Origin: Priapulus caudatus
Lineage: Eukaryota
DNA: 38,146 nucleotides
Assembly (NCBI RefSeq): GCF_000485595.1
Contig: NW_014577090.1
Coordinates: 571,900-610,045 of the forward strand
Direction of reading: 5' to 3'
The translations under genes were made by a program, and so were the position numbers. This document shows positions 13,610 to 25,740 of the stretch, piece after piece. The notes under the pieces are model-generated. The model was not told the DNA's origin. It saw nothing but the letters and a program-made list of their open reading frames with translations, and searched no databases. Each line of letters begins with the position of its first letter. Within the stretch, counting starts at the first letter, position 1.

Positions 13610-14047
13610 CCGTAGTAGTATAAGTAGTAGCAACAAGCAGCAGGCAGTAGCAGTAGCAGCAGCAGCAGCAGCAGTAGAGTAGCAGCAGCAAAAAAGCAAG
13701 CAAGCACCAAGCCAGTAAGTAGTAGCCAGTAGCAGTAGCAGCAGGCAGCAGCAGCAGCAAGCAGCAGCAGCACAGTAGCAGTATAGCAGCAAGCAAAAGC
13801 CAGCAAGCAGAGCAGCAGTAAGCAGTAGTAGCACCAGGCGTAGCAACAGGCAGCAGTAAGTAGTAGCCAGCAGCAGCAGCAAGCAGTAGCAGTAGGCAGC
13901 AGCCAAAAAGCAGCACAGCAGCAGTAAGTAAGTAGGCAGTAGGCAGCAGCAGCAGCAGGTCAAGCAGTAGCAGCAGTAGCAGCACAAAAAGCAGCAGCAA
14001 GCAAGCAGCCAGTAGCAGTATGTCACAGCACAAGTAGCAGCAGCAGC
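13053..14047. repeat. ~1 kb degenerate (CAG)/(TAG)/(CAA)n trinucleotide tract
   Basis: Seen directly; ends about 45 bp before a 25-N gap (14092-14116). Confidence 0.92.
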
Positions 14048-14116
14048 ACTGCATTCATAAGGCGTCCGACGGCTGATGTACAATCGCAATCNNNNNNNNN
14101 NNNNNNNNNNNNNNNN

Positions 14117-14217
14117 GTTAGATAGATTAGATGATAGATATAGAGTAGATAGAATAGATAGATATGATGATAGATAGAATAGATATTATAGCATAGATGG
14201 ATAGATAGTTAGAAGAT

Positions 14218-14275
<58 letters not shown>

Positions 14276-14309
14276 TAGATAGATTCCTAGTTAGTTAGTT
14301 AGACAGATA
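14117..14309. repeat. (GATA)n microsatellite
   Basis: Seen directly. Confidence 0.93.
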
Positions 14310-16174
14310 GCTCATGTAATCTTGCGGAGCGGTTCATTAATCAGTATTTATATACTTGCTGACTTGTTCCTACTAAGCAACATTGATTAGGACTGATAAC
14401 TAACGATCTGGACGAGCGTGTGCGCATGCGCTCGCACGCGTCTAGCGGCCGGCGAAGATTAGCGAGGCACGTCGAGCAAGGGCTGACAGCTAAATATTTA
14501 CATCGGCCCAAAAATGTTAGCATCTATTAGAGTTGCTGTAGGTCGCGCGCAGACTTGCGCCCCACATCTCGTCCGAATCCACACTGAGTGAGACAGGGCA
14601 TCCGCCATCCCGCACCGCCGCCGTATTTGCATAGACGTCTCAGCACGCGCGACGGTCGGAAGGACGGACTAATCAAGCAAAAGCTAGAATCAAGGATAAC
14701 GAAAACACACGGTGCACAATAGCTGGCCGTGATCGACCCACAAACCACGCACATAGAGAAATAACTTCCACGTAACGAGCTAATTATAAATGTCCAGATA
14801 TATGATTACTGCTGAAAAAATCTGCTTTGTTACATCGTCTTTTCGTTCCCCTAGCAGAGGTTCCAGTTTCAACGAGATGTATGTGAATAGCAACGTTTTT
14901 CGAAGCGCACACACATCGTATAGTTCCGGTAAACATGCGAAAAATAAGTGGGGAGATTACGCCACGCATGCGCATAGTACAGCGAACGCTCCATGCACGC
15001 AGTTAGTATCGCATCGCAGATAAAATATCGCGTTGTGATTAGTCTATTGATTTATGCTAAGCCGGCGATTCATATCTGCGATGGCGCTTTTATTGTGGCG
15101 CGCACTATAGTGAAGTACTCCAGCAACTGAGCAATAATTACCCGTGGGTTTCCCAGTAATATAAAGGTACTACAGCCGCAAATCAATTCCCGTTGTCGAC
15201 AACCGTACTACGCTAAAGGTTCCCATAAATCAGGAGAAATGACAATGTTATATCCGCTGAATCGCGATTGCATGGAGCAACGCATAACTTGTTAACTCAA
15301 ATATTCTTCCCCGCGTGGTTTTGTAAAAAAAAAGAGTGTTTTCGCCAGAAAACATGAAAAACGGACAATTCACAGCGTGTTCCTACGCTAAAAAAATAGG
15401 CTTCGCGTATCACGCTTCCGGCCGTCACACGAATGCACACAGATTGTTCTACTTACCCTGCCGAGTAGCGCAGCAATACGGTTACTCGTTTTCAAAACAA
15501 CCTTCAAATATCAATCCTTACTATGTTCCATTTGAAAAGTGAAGTAAAAAGCGAAATAGGACTGTACATAAACACAGCTCATCCATTTATTTTGACCTAC
15601 TCGGCACAGACTGGCTGATTTTCATGTTTAATACCTACATACGCGTAGGCTTGCTTGTATATCGGCGTATTCGGCTTACATGTGACGGCTATAACTGTGC
15701 TCCCATAAAAGCCGCCACTCGGCACATCTGCTGCTTCCCTAGTTCCATCCAACCTCGTCTGCATAGGATGCGATAGCCGGAACCATTGCATTACTCACGC
15801 CGGAACAAAATAATCTTTTGAGAACCGGCTACTACGGGCAAAATAGCAGTGAAAATGGTAAATAATATCGTTAAGTGCCATCTGATTTGTAGCGAATCGG
15901 TGCAAAGATTGCACTGTCAGGAGATAAGGACAAGAATTAAAGTTTAGTTACTTATAGATAATGCAGGTCAGTCTCCGGCCAGTCACGGATTCTTCCGAGG
16001 TTCGCCGGATGCGGCGCTGCAAGGAATAGTAGGAGCTACAGACAATTTTTCAATGATGTCCACTGATCACCATGCAACGATCATGGATTCGAGTAGCAGG
16101 CGAACATGTTGACTGGGCATCTAGTTCTCATCATAGAAAATAAAAGCCGCCTAAAGCTAACGGTTCCGGCTTAA

Positions 16175-16773
16175 AGGGATAGTAGACTCTAGGATTTTAC
16201 TGCATACAACTGCACTTACTGTATAACAAATCGTCTATACCCACACGTACTTGTTACCAGATACCTAATTTAATTATTATAATTAAGTATACATCAACGC
16301 TACGAAATTTGAACGGCGCCATTGACACCCGCAACCGTGCTGCCACCCTGAAAAAGTTGCGCATTTGCCAATTTATTTTGCACGTTACAGACCGAGGGCT
16401 AATCACAAAGGTGAAATTATATTTATACCTAAATGCTATTTAACCGAACGCTGTTCATTTTAGGACAAATTTATCCATAATATAACTGAAACTATATGTC
16501 GTTTATAAGATATTACAATCCTTTTGCTTTTAAATTAATAAATAAGAAACACCCTCGGTCTGTAGCCCTTGGCTGAAAAGTCGTTTTGCGCAACTTATCA
16601 GATCGTGCGCTTTGAGTGGCGCCACCGTCGTTGTAATCAAACTGTAGTCGTTAGTTTTAAAACATTTTTTAATAATATTTCTAATGGTGATTGAACCATG
16701 AAACTTTTTATGTAGCGTAATTTTAACCTAAATTAACTGAAAATAATCCTAGAACCTAGAGTAAACGATCCCT
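16175..16773. mobile_element. Kolobok-like non-autonomous DNA transposon (599 bp)
   Basis: TTAA|AGGGATAGTAGACTCTAGG ... CCTAGAGTAAACGATCCCT|TTAA: imperfect TIRs starting with purines and a TTAA TSD, the Kolobok pattern (piggyBac TIRs start with CC). Internal inverted blocks TACAGACCGAGGG/CCCTCGGTCTGTA and AAGTTGCGCA/TGCGCAACTT. Confidence 0.8.
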
Positions 16774-17628
16774 TTAACTTACGCGCGCGTGCACGTCTGT
16801 TATTTGTTTCAGACAACGACATATGGAATCAGCCTATTACATAAATCGTGTCTATAAATATCACAAAATTGCCTAAACGCACTTAATGGCTTCCATATAA
16901 TTATTTCCACCTACTCTCGGATGCTAGCAATCGATGTGCGTAGCTTTTCCGCGCGCATTATTATCTCAACCTAGTGAGAATGTTTTGTGTTAGTCAGCTA
17001 GTTTGTTTGTTTATTGCTGTTGTTGCTGCTGTTCCCCGATTCTATTGTTGTTGCCGTCGCCGCGGCATGCCGTCATCATCGTCGTCGTTGTTGTTGCTAC
17101 GACTGATATTTACGTTTTTTTATTTCAACAGTGAATTGGATACGCGCTTCAGAATTCGTTTGTGAAAGTTTGCAAAAATTTGCGGATTTTGAACGAAGTG
17201 AATATGCAATTAGATGCATGAGCGATTACTTCATAATCTTGTGTTTAATTATATAAACGAGTAGGCATGTTTTTCCAACACTGATGCATCACCCAGGAAA
17301 CATGCTAGGAAATGTTTTGTATAAAATAGTGTGTTATTGTCTGACACGGAATTATTCAAAGCTTCGCGGTTATTTGTTATCCAAATTCAAATGCTATTCT
17401 AACCTTAACCAGCAGAGTATGCCCGTGACTGCAGGCTTCTCACACAATGGATGCCTAAAAGCAGCGAGTAAATTATCTACGCGTATAGAAGGAATGTATA
17501 TTTAACACGTAATATACGCAAATATACGTTTAAACAATCATTAAATATTTATCATTAAAATGTTAATAATCGACTAATTTTCTAGTAACAGTGTAAAAAA
17601 AAGTCATATAGACTTTTAGGGACCAAGT

Positions 17629-18104
17629 GAAAGATATCTATTCATTATGCTCTCTTTCATCTGACATGTCTATTTGACGTTGAAAACATTTATGCAGAGC
17701 TTGAGAGATATCTGTAAGCTTTGTGCAATTTATAATCATTAGTTGTCTCGTTGTAACAAATCCCTACCGTTTCAATGAGTAAATTGTAAGTAAAATTATA
17801 ATATCTCTTTGAAAATCTAATTACAATATGTGTGCCATCTGGGAATGAACAGCGTTCCATCACCATTACCGAAGGAAATATCCATATTTGAAAATAGTCG
17901 GTTGCCTCAGATATGTTCAACATCCGTTCTTTCCGGTTCTGATCCGTTTAAGTACGAGTCTGCTTAAGTTTGACCTCGGCATATTTCCACTCCGTATTTA
18001 CAATATTTGGTACGTGTCCCTCAGCTATAGCTTGTTGCATGTTCGCATCACGTAATTGCTTATAAAGCTTCTGCCAGTTGCACAGAGGTCCGTAGAGGAT
18101 GTAC
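17629..18104 (-). pseudogene. Possible decayed coding fragment of unknown origin
   Basis: One frame reads YILYGPLCNWQKLYKQLRDANMQQAIAEGHVPNIVNTEWKYAEVKLKQTRT*TDQNRKERMLNISEATDYFQIW... for ~137 codons with one stop in AT-rich DNA; no family recognised. Confidence 0.25.
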
Positions 18105-18230
18105 TAACCGCTATCCCATCAGTCACTGCCATATAGGAACACCGTAGCGATATTATTGTACTGTGAAATTTGAAGATCTCCGTGTAGGTTTCTGTAGCGT
18201 CGACAGCGTAGACTTGTAGCAACCGTAGAT

Positions 18231-18597
18231 TGTAGCAAATGCAGAGTAGCAGCGTTGTCTTGTAACCACCAGTAGAGCTAGATGACGTAGTCGCGGATTC
18301 GTTTTTGGACTAGGACTTTATTAGTACACGAACACATACAAAATATATACATACGGCAACCTAGGGGGTGACCGTGCCTAGATCCCGTCATCTCCGTTTT
18401 CGTCTATATCTCTACATCGTCGTATCTCCTCTGGGTAGGTAACTATCTGAATCTCTGTCCGAGCGTGTCTATTTATACGCTTCTTAAAACAGCTCGACGA
18501 CATTTGAATCGGACCGGGTTTTCGTCATTACCGACCGGACTTTGGCGGGGCTAGGTGACGCGACGAGGCTACGCAAATATATCGCGCCCTACCTCCC
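18231..18597 (-). mobile_element. Candidate LTR remnant
   Basis: On the minus strand: purine-rich GGGAGGTAGGG (~18587-18597), TATAAATA (18470-18477), AATAAA (18317-18322), and a ...TACA end; boundaries and TSD not established. Confidence 0.25.
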
Positions 18598-19289
18598 GTT
18601 TCATTAAAAAAAACAAAAACGAACCATCATGCCAGCACACAGGCCGCACAGTCGCACAGTCGCACAGTCGCACAGCCTCGTCTGGCTAGAAGCGCCACTG
18701 GTTAATTAGAACGCAATGTACAATACAACAATATCTACGTATGTTTCAGTGTGCTTGCTTTACGGAACGCCCTATACACATCCATTGAGCCAGCCATCAT
18801 TATCGGCTACACGCGTAGATTGTTCAGTCATTCGAATGCATCGAAAGATAATGACATTAAGAACATTTGGAACGACTCTTTGTTAATTTTACTGTTATTC
18901 TACAACAGTTTCTTGACAAAATTTATTGCCACAATTATTATAAGCGTGAGTGAGTGACTCGCAAACAGGATAAAGACTGTTGCATTTAATGAGCAACAAT
19001 TTACGCTAACGGAGAGAACGATCGAGTGAATCCCCGGAGAGGGCATACTCGCATATATACTCCTTAACTTTAGAACAGATTTTAAAAGGAGAACACGACG
19101 CGTGTGTCTATAATGACGTCACACCCTGTATATGATGAACATGTGCATTTCCTGCGTGATCAGTCTCAGTCTCATATGCGATGCGTCGTCAATGGCGCAT
19201 GCTTCGAAAGTTAAATTTGCATATTCGATCGCATCTTGAACGCACATCGCATGAAACGAAAGAACTTCGAACGATCGTTGAGTGAATTT

Positions 19290-19560
19290 TAATGCGTTCT
19301 AATACGTTCTACCGCTACGACATTCTAATGTGTTCTACGATGTTCTACTGTGAAGTCATTCTAATGTGTGTTCTATCGTTAGCATGTGCTAATACGTTCT
19401 GATGTGTTGCACTGCTAACTCGTTCTAATGTGTTTTAATACGTACTATTCCAAACACATTATGTATTCTTCTGTGTTTCAATGTATTCTACTGCTAACAC
19501 GTTGTATGTGTTTTAGTGATAACACATTATGTGTTTAATATGCTTTAACAACTTCTAACT
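19290..19560. repeat. Degenerate minisatellite built on ~10-11-bp TTCTAATGTG / GTTCTAC units
   Basis: Repeated GTTCTA/ATTCTA cores. Confidence 0.7.
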
Positions 19561-20661
19561 GCCTCTCATGCGTTCCACACCTACCGCATTATGTGTTTTA
19601 CCGAGCAGCAAGTACCTCATGTGTCTCGAGATCTAATAAAGTGTGCTGTGGTGTTTTTTATTACGCTCATAGATTCCTACTCAAGCGTTGCTGGATAGCA
19701 ATTTCATTGGGCGGCAATTCTGATCTTTTTTTTTTACTTCGATCGACAGAATTAGGATGCACTACATTTACGGTACATATTTGCGCATTTTCCGAATGAG
19801 AGCATCCGAAACGCATTTATCACTCCAACGTTCGACGTTAATTACCGGCGTCTGCAAACGTGTCACATTATTTGCTTGTGCGCGCGCAGTATGTATAGAC
19901 AGTGGTACAATGGAAGGAAGGAAATTGCAAAGTAGGAGTGAAATTACAGGACTGGTATAAGTGAATGACAAACTCTTACTACCCTCCCCGTAATCTGTAA
20001 ATGTCAGTACACAATTCGACGGCAGACGCATTTCACGAAAGTAGAATTTCTGATTCATCTTTAAAAGTGTATGTCGATGCCACCTAACCCTTCCGATGAT
20101 ATCCCACTAATAATTAATATTAGTGTATTAGCAGCAGCCTGTGCGTAAACAAGCTTCCCAGATGCGGCTATAATAAGATTTAATCTCCGTCGATATAAAT
20201 GACGTTATTATCTATTATTATCTAAGACGTATTTAACGGGCCGAAGATACGGCGCATTGTATACGGCGTATATCAGCAGCTATATCGCATCGCGTTTTCT
20301 ATATATCCGCTAAAGATTCGCATCTGTCGCCCTCTCACGCGTCAGGTTATCAAATGACCAATATTTCCGTGTATATAAAGATTTTGACGCTGCTGGGATG
20401 AAGGCAGAGCACTGATGACATACACGGCAAGAAATGAAGAAGCAAAAATGCCGGAAATAATAAACAACGGAATGATGTGAAAATGTCGAATGAATTCCCG
20501 GACATTATTTTCTCATTCGGTGCGTCTGAGTGCTTTGTATGGGTCTAGTTACGTGACTCCCACCATGTCGCTATTCCTACGCCAATGAATCCGCAATATC
20601 CGCGAGATTCCTCCTCACATTACGCAGATGAATGTGGGCGTCTGTTATTACTATTTATACG

Positions 20662-20851
20662 ACTACTACTTCTACTACTACTATTACTAATAATAATAAT
20701 AAGAAGAAAAAGAAGAAGAAGAAGAAGAAGAAGAAGAAGAAGAAGAAGAAGAAAGAAGAAGAGAGAAATAGCACGAAGAGAAGAAGAAGAAGAAGAAGAA
20801 GAAGAAGAGAGGAAAGAAGAAGAAGAAGAGGAAGAAGAAGGAGAAGAAGCA

Positions 20852-20892
<41 letters not shown>
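20662..20892. repeat. Compound microsatellite (CTA)n(TAA)n(AAG)n(ATT)n
   Basis: Seen directly. Confidence 0.95.
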
Positions 20893-20897
<5 letters not shown>

Positions 20898-21057
20898 AGC
20901 AGTAGCAACAATAACAACTATTCCAGTGGCTGTAGTGTGTACACACATCCTGCAATAAATGTGTTGCCTTCCAGCTACTTCATATTATGTCCTTCACTGT
21001 CGCGTGCGCAGCTGTTGCGTATGATACGCTACGCGCTTATGCGCGTACGAGTGTGCA

Positions 21058-21467
21058 CACAGGCACTTGGAGCGTTTCAATAAAATATAATGCTAAATAA
21101 ATACGAAATCTATTTACTACCAAAGTCTTAATGTTTTTATACTCTCTTTCACCTATTATTGCTGACAATTTCCTGTAAATGCCGTCCAAATGCGCATGTG
21201 CAATAAACGCTGGCGGCCGCCATTGCTCACGCTGCTGCACACTGACACTTAAATAAATATATAAATATATATTTATGTGTCAGTGTGCAGCAGCGTGAGC
21301 AATGACGGCCGCCAGCGTTTATTGCACATGCACATTTGAACGGCATTTACAGGAAATTGTCAGCAATAATAGGTGAAAAAGAGTATAGAAACATTAAGAC
21401 TTTGGTAGTAAATAGATTTCGTATTTATTTAGAATTATATTTTATTGAAACGCTTCAAGTGCCTGTG
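21058..21467. mobile_element. Full-length 410-bp palindromic MITE, CACAGG family subtype A (P-superfamily-like)
   Basis: Arms of ~190 bp are reverse complements around an AT-rich centre (~21250-21275). Ends CACAGGCACTTGGAGCG / CGCTTCAAGTGCCTGTG. Perfect 8-bp TSD AGTGTGCA at 21050-21057 and 21468-21475. CANRG ends with 7-8-bp TSDs are typical of the P superfamily. Confidence 0.95.
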
Positions 21468-22099
21468 AGTGTGCATGCATGATTATATACTTTCTCACAT
21501 CTCATCGGTAATACTGAATAGTAAAGCGCGAATAGTGAATATGCTACATTATTATTATATATACACTACTGTCAGGAGTGTATAATATATGCACTCCTGC
21601 TACTGCTATATACTGTGGCCTTACACGTGTGTTTACGCACGACGAGCTAGTAGTTATCAGCGCTGCCTCGAGCGTCGTGTAGTACATGCAACAGGGTTCT
21701 TATCGCGTGACCAGTTACACAGCGTTGCAACGTTACTCGTGTTGTTTCCCTCATCTACTCCCCAACATCGCGTGCACTCCGTTTACTGCTGCTGCTGCTA
21801 TAGGTCCAACATCACACAGATTACGTTCATAGAATTAGTAACTCAAAAGTCGCCCCCATGCACGCGCCTCTAATCTTGTTAGTGACGTCACTGCGCAAAT
21901 TCAAGCCGACGCACGAGCGAGGCGGTAATCTTTTTACACAGTTTCTTCGTCGTTTTTTACTCAATTCGGTAAGTTTCGTCTGCTTGATTCGCCCGAAAAG
22001 GAAAAGGCGTGCATTCACATTTCCTGCCTTTGGGAGTGACGATTGAACGTGACGTATGTTCGTGGAGACTGGACGGATGTCATCAGTTCTTTCCCGAGT

Positions 22100-22575
22100 C
22101 GTGATTTCCGCTGTTGGGGCGCGTGATCTCCGCTATTGTCGCACGTGGCTTCCGCTATTGTCGCGCGTGACTTCCGCTATTGTCGCACGTGACTTCTGCT
22201 ATTGTCGCACGTGACTTCCGCTATTGTCGCACGTGACTTCCGCTATTGTCGCGCGCGACTTCCGCTAATTCGCAGCGTGGACTTCCGCTATGCGCACGTG
22301 ACTTCTGTTGTTGTCGAACCGTGACTTCCCCAGCTTTTGCGCTACGGTGACTCCGCTACTGTCGCGCGCGACTCACATTGGTCGTGCACCTGTCTCCTGC
22401 TATTGTCGCACATGACTTCCGTTGCTGTCGAACGTGACTTCTGCTGTTGTCGCACGTGCATTCCGCTGTTGTCGCACGTGACTTCCGTTGTTGTCGCTCG
22501 TGACTTCCGCTATTGTCGCGCATGTGTCCCCGTTGTCGCGTGACTTTTGTTGTTGTCACGCACGTGTCCCCGTCG
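22100..22575. repeat. 22-bp minisatellite GTGACTTCCGCTATTGTCGCAC, about 20 copies
   Basis: Period measured from GTGAC at 22167 and 22189; degenerates at both ends. Confidence 0.93.
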
Positions 22576-22928
22576 CTCGCGATTTAATAAAATCGGATGT
22601 CGCCACGATCGATGTAATAGCGCTTTATCTTGTAAGCATTCTTTAGTTGCTGCTCCCATGCGCGCCTCTCGCTGCCCCTCACGCATGTGTACAAGCGTCA
22701 TCTACGAATCCGTCAGTCAGTAAAAGCTATCTCAGCCCGTGAGCGCAAGTAATCAACGCTGTTTATATCAAAGATGAATCCGTCGCGCACCAGTGGTTAC
22801 TCGCCAACAATAACCATCGTACATAATAAATCATTTCTTTAGCAGTGCTGTCCCTTAAACCATACGTATGTGTTTCGTGACAGGCATGCTAAGACGGACA
22901 TTGTATTATTATAATTATTATTCATATT

Positions 22929-23153
22929 ACTCTATATTAACATGTACAGCTCATAGTTCAACAGTGAAGTATAGCTGTATATTCGTGGTAACCTCATATA
23001 TATTCTATGTCTAGCTATAGCCAGGGTGACTAGCGAATAGGGTGGTATGGGTGATCAGCCCTACGAGCTATCAGCTAAGGCTAGATATATGAGCGTTACA
23101 CGAATAACCGCTATACTTCACGTGACTATGGTGTACCTTAGTTACTATAGAGT
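22929..23153. mobile_element. Foldback element D, indel-rich copy of 37198-37424
   Basis: ACTCTATATTAAC ... GTTACTATAGAGT; same downstream flank as the 37.2 kb copy. Confidence 0.8.
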
Positions 23154-23803
23154 GCATATAGAGACCAAATAGCTAAAAGATTGGCTTTAATATATATATA
23201 ATAACCCACTAAATCTCAAAGTCCATATATCATAATAGGCTATTTGCTGCGCCGGTATAGATTTTAGATGTTTCTATAAAGACGAATTAAGTGCTGAACA
23301 TATAATTACTGAATGATGGAGCTCATGATTCAAGGTAGTATATTGGATTACACATTCTGGGTTAAACACACAGTGGCTGAGCTACGCGTGTTGATGGCAT
23401 GAAAAGTATGCACAGAGCGATGTGTACATGTCTGTGAGACACTGGTAAACCATCTATCACAACAGATTTCGTCGCTGCGTGCAAGCGTGATACAGCCGTC
23501 CGAGATTTAATCAGCGTATAATCAGGTGCAAAAGTCTATCGTCCACTACTTAACCGCAAGAATCGCTTAAAAAGTTTCGTGATGGTCTGCATGAAGAAAA
23601 AAAAAGGGTTGGCCAAAAAAAAATTTTTGTTCCGCTGGTGCGATCTAACAGCAATTTCGTGCTCGTTTCGTTGATTCTACATTTCAAGTATCAACTAGGC
23701 AAAAGCGTCTAATTCCCTCCGCAACATGCCGTAACAGTAACAAATACATGACTTACTGCTTAGATCTGCTGTTTTGCTTTGGATATGGGAGCGATCGCCG
23801 GTC

Positions 23804-24080
23804 CAGCAGGCACCCCTTGAACGTTCTAAATAAAACCTGTAAATTCTGCCGGTCAAACTGGCTCATCTGCACCACCCCAACTACAGCCCGCAACGCCCGC
23901 CCGCCGCTGTGCTGCGGGCCAAACAAAAACATGAATAAGAGAGACTTGCTTAAATCACTTGTTTGTGCACATTGCACCACAGCGGGGCGGCGTGGCGGTT
24001 GTACTTGTTGTTGCAGAACTAGCATTTGACCGCATTTACAGGTGATTCATAGGCCGACAATAGAGTAGCGCATCATTAAG
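23804..24080. mobile_element. CACAGG palindromic MITE subtype B, indel-rich and cut by a gap (same locus as 38031-38146)
   Basis: Arms match 31690-31790 and 31870-31998; upstream flank GGGAGCGATCGC(C)GGT is shared with 38016-38030. Confidence 0.8.
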
Positions 24081-24105
24081 NNNNNNNNNNNNNNNNNNNN
24101 NNNNN

Positions 24106-25740
24106 TCTACCTGTTTAGCTTCTGGCCTTTGTAGCATCTTACTCCACAACAGTTTGAGAAATGAAGAGCCACATATCGGTCTTCAGCTATGGTAGCCTTC
24201 TACTCTCTAGCTACTATAGCTCGCGTACAGTATGCGCAGGGCTATAGAACATTTTATGCCCCAGTTTGTAACTGCACCTGTCCCCAATTGCCCTTCACGA
24301 ATATGGCTCACAAAACGCAACATGATCGGCGCTTTTTAACACTTATTTATTACATGGACATCTCAGTCTCACCTATCTTTTGACACTTTCCACAACTTTT
24401 ACACCCTGTAATTGATGCATTTATTCCTCAAAGTGCTAAGCACTACTTGGCGCACGTTTCGTTTTCAAATGCTGTTGTGTACTACGCGTGATGTCACCCG
24501 AAATGTAATAGGCCTGCATCATAGCTGCCTATGGGTTTTGTCTACATTTTCGGGTTGGACGTACGCGTAACCGAACGCCGGTGCTATAGCTTACTAGGCC
24601 ACAGGCCACTTGGAACGTCTCAATAAACAATGAAATTGTCAATGACACTGTACCTCACCACAAAAAAGGGGGGAACAACAAATGAGTGAGTAAGAAGAAG
24701 TCAGTTTTAATTGAGCAACCAATCGACGTACATTATAGAAACGATTCAGCCATCTGTAGTTATCGCATAATATTTATAAACCAAAATGAAATCACAATTG
24801 TGACCGTAGATGGCGGCTTATACAAGCTTATGTAGCTGCTGGCGTTTGAAATAAAATAGGTTATGCCTGCGTTCGACATGCTTTTTGTAAAACTTACTCT
24901 AATATTAGACGGTTTTTATCGGCAGGGTGGCAGAGGACAATACCAATTTTGCATTAAAGATATTAGTCAATAACATATATTGTAAAACGAACAGACGCGT
25001 GTGACACCACAGACTGTTTGTGTCTATATAATATGCTATATAATTGCCAAACCCTACCTTAATTTCACATATTTTTTTTTAATATCACAAACGCCTAGCC
25101 CTTATTCATTCACATACCAAAAGTGAAGCAAAATCGTTGAACCTGAACTGACTAATGGCCCAAATTCCCATTTTTGCCAAAAAAAATGCCGTGCTCAAAG
25201 TACGTCGACTGGTGTGCTTCAAATATAGGACGTTAGATATGGGAGCATAGCAGTAAACTATACCCAATTTCCAAACAATGTGGTCCGTCAAACGCGTTCC
25301 TGAGTTTCGTTGACCGCTAGCGAAATTCGTTGACTGGACGGACGGACGGACGTACGACAAACGACGACCCATGGCAATAGCTTCAGCTTAGACGATGTCA
25401 AGGTGCAGGCTAAAAATAATGGTTAATAACCAGAAAATGTAATTACTATTTACTTACCAGTCTTAGTGTTTCTCTACTCTATGCTCGCTATTATTGGATA
25501 ATACCGTAAATGCGGTGCAAATGCCTTCATCTGCCACAACGACACAAAGTACACCGCATGCCCGCCCTAGTGCACAAACAACATGAATAATTCATATAGT
25601 ACTATATCAAGATGTACATAATAGAGATATAATCTCTAATATGTACTTCTTGATATATATAGTTATATGTACAGGGATATAGCCAGGAAAATTATTTCAG
25701 CCCTAAATGATAACATAATATATTGACTTCTATGGCCGCC
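24106..25740. repeat. ~1.65 kb direct duplicate of 27139-28804
   Basis: Colinear from TCTACCTGTTT to GACTTCTATGGCCGC, differing mostly by 1-2-bp indels; starts exactly at a 25-N gap. Confidence 0.92.

Noticed and set aside
13162..14089. Long ORFs of 163-217 aa (poly-L/C/Y/A)
   Set aside because: Open in several frames only because they translate a CAG/TAG tract.
19768..20480. 96-aa minus-strand ORF and a nearby hydrophobic ~50-codon frame
   Set aside because: No recognisable homology or splice structure; the lengths are compatible with chance.
22100..22575. CRISPR-like array
   Set aside because: Units are head-to-tail with no unique spacers, no cas genes are present, and the context is eukaryotic; it is a minisatellite. 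The same applies to 1-671.
24360..24430. GIY-YIG/Penelope-like motif on the minus strand (CKSCGKCQKIGET)
   Set aside because: Very short, lacks the conserved Tyr, differs between the two noisy copies, and no RT is seen nearby; a frameshift-aware profile search would be needed.
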